Below, piece after piece: positions 62,971 to 64,000 of a stretch of DNA of 64,000 bases (positions are counted from its first letter, which is position 1; each line of letters starts with the position of its first letter). Location of the stretch: the NCBI GenBank assembly GCA_963666215.2, contig CAXWPL010000001.1, forward strand, positions 448,001 to 512,000. The letters run 5' to 3'. Below the pieces are notes generated by a model. The model was not told the origin of the DNA and ran no database searches. It saw only the letters and a list, made by a program, of their open reading frames with translations. The position numbers and the translations under genes were made by a program. This DNA is from Acidobacteriota bacterium (GTDB lineage Bacteria > Acidobacteriota > UBA890 > WLXD01).

Positions 62971-63363
62971 TTAGGTACCCACCAAGGAATAGTCTCCGCT
63001 ATCTCCCTTTCTGATCATGCCTTTAGCGTTCATACGCCACATCTGAGTCGAAACTCGAGTCGATAGAGGCGTTTTCTTGTCGTCCAGGTAACCTTGGTTG
63101 ATTAACTCCTGCGCGACCTCTGAGGATTTAATCGGACCCATTTCTTTAAGCACGATCACGATAGCATCATTCAGGGTCTCCGACCTGATGAAGCTACCAT
63201 TCATTCCTGCTACCGACGCAGAGGATCCACTGAGAAGTTCGCTCAGCGCCGCATGTTGACGCTTGCAGGCGTCGAGTTTTTGCGTCAGTTTCTCGAGCGT
63301 ATCCTGCAGGTTATCTTCGGCTGCTCTTAGCTCATCTAGCGTCCGGTCGCTGAATAATTCCAT
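62971..63363 (-). CDS. Passenger protein: N-terminal coiled coil plus a putative winged-helix C-domain
   Basis: 130 aa, visibly lower GC; heptad-like N-terminus; IVIVLKEMGPIKSSEVAQEL..G..GDYSL. Confidence 0.7.
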   Translation of the reverse strand: MELFSDRTLDELRAAEDNLQDTLEKLTQKLDACKRQHAALSELLSGSSASVAGMNGSFIRSETLNDAIVIVLKEMGPIKSSEVAQELINQGYLDDKKTPLSTRVSTQMWRMNAKGMIRKGDSGDYSLVGT

Positions 63364-63464
63364 ATCCGATCCTCATACCCGTCCCGATGTCTGATATCCC
63401 AGTCTCAATGTCGGATAGCGAAACCATATCCGGTTAGGTGCTCCGGCGCAACCTTCCCATTCCT

Positions 63465-63515
63465 AAAAAAAAACGGGGGCCCATCCATCGCCGACGAGAT
63501 GGATGGGCTACCCGT
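63465..63515 (-). terminator. Intrinsic terminator after the small basic passenger gene
   Basis: Minus strand ACGGG-TA-GCCCATCCATC...GATGGATGGGC-CCCCGT followed by a run of 9 T. Confidence 0.8.
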
Positions 63516-63545
63516 GAGATCCTTACGTTTTCTATCCTACGATAG

Positions 63546-63791
63546 TCACTTCCCCCATCGCGCCGCGGCCGCCTTCCTCGAAATCTCGGATCGACGTTCA
63601 GGTGATAGTTTTGCAGCTCGCTGACGACCTGGCCGCTCTCAAGCGCCTGATCGTCCCAGCTTCACAGCGGCACGGTCTTTACCGTCGTCCACGGATTCCT
63701 CTTCACGCTGCCCGGTGGCGATCTCCATGACGCGCACGGCGTTCTGGGTCACGCCAGCAGGCCGCTTCTGTCCCTGCGGTCCTTTTGGCAT
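63546..63791 (-). pseudogene. Small basic IS-associated protein with an in-frame TGA at 63639-63641
   Basis: Not in the ORF track: MPKGPQGQKRPAGVTQNAVRVMEIATG..KLGRSGA*ERPGRQRAAKLSPERRSEISRKAAAARWGK*. Confidence 0.7.
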
Positions 63792-64000
63792 GGTACCGAT
63801 ATCCTAGGTGGCGACTAGCCGTGCTGTCTAGTAGGTAACGTCATCGCAGCAATTCAAACTGAGACACTACCAGACAGGCGGGAGGCGAGCGCGTCGATAA
63901 GGAATTCGGGAACTACCGACTGCGACCGGTGATGGAGCAGGTTCTCCGCGGCGGCGAGAACTCAGAAGCTTGGTATGACGAGATCCCGACCGGAGGGCCC

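Larger units (their letters stand above)
61876..63871 (-). mobile_element. IS1-family element with passenger genes (1996 bp)
   Basis: Perfect 18-bp TIRs GGTAGTGTCTCAGTTTGA / TCAAACTGAGACACTACC; 8-bp TSD AGACAGGC at 61868-61875 and 63872-63879. Confidence 0.95.
61800..64000 (+). pseudogene. Sulfatase-like C-terminal fragment split by the IS1 element (61800-61875 and 63880-64000)
   Basis: Removing the element and one TSD gives the contiguous frame DLTHVPLLVKLPRQA/GGERVDKEFGNYRL. Confidence 0.55.

Noticed and set aside
5702-63641. Stop-codon reassignment, pyrrolysine or selenocysteine
   Set aside because: TAG and TGA both end many intact genes here. The in-frame stops coexist with frameshifts, which points to mutation or sequence error.
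1-64000. CRISPR array, tRNA or rRNA genes
   Set aside because: No regularly spaced direct repeats, cas genes or cloverleaf/rRNA signatures were seen by eye.
1-64000. High frequency of CTCGAG/TCGA
   Set aside because: Not quantified; largely explained by preferred codon pairs such as CTC-GAG and GTC-GAC. A Markov-model test would be needed.

Overview
High-GC bacterial DNA. The gene families suggest an Acidobacteriota-like organism (inference from PadR plus ADOP-type ABC permeases, several Ser/Thr kinase-TolB propeller proteins, DUF885 and M24-like exported proteins). The window is an accessory patchwork of hydrolases, transporters, a CoA-ligase operon, a BrnT/BrnA toxin-antitoxin pair and an FN3-repeat surface protein. 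It holds three insertion sequences: IS256, IS21, and an IS1-family element with perfect 18-bp TIRs and an 8-bp TSD. Many genes are frameshifted, carry in-frame stops, or are fused to unrelated gene pieces, and several intergenic regions are built from 20-150 bp shards of other genes. Genuine decay cannot be told apart from assembly or consensus error here. The strongest novel candidates are: (1) the 2-kb IS1-family element, which carries two passenger genes, a leaderless transposase promoter and a previously unannotated structured small-RNA candidate; (2) an XRE / HAxxH pseudo-peptidase regulator + 33-aa sORF + 2OG-Fe dioxygenase module; (3) mosaic intergenic shards that are near-copies of gene segments elsewhere in the window. 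No rRNA, tRNA or CRISPR array was seen.
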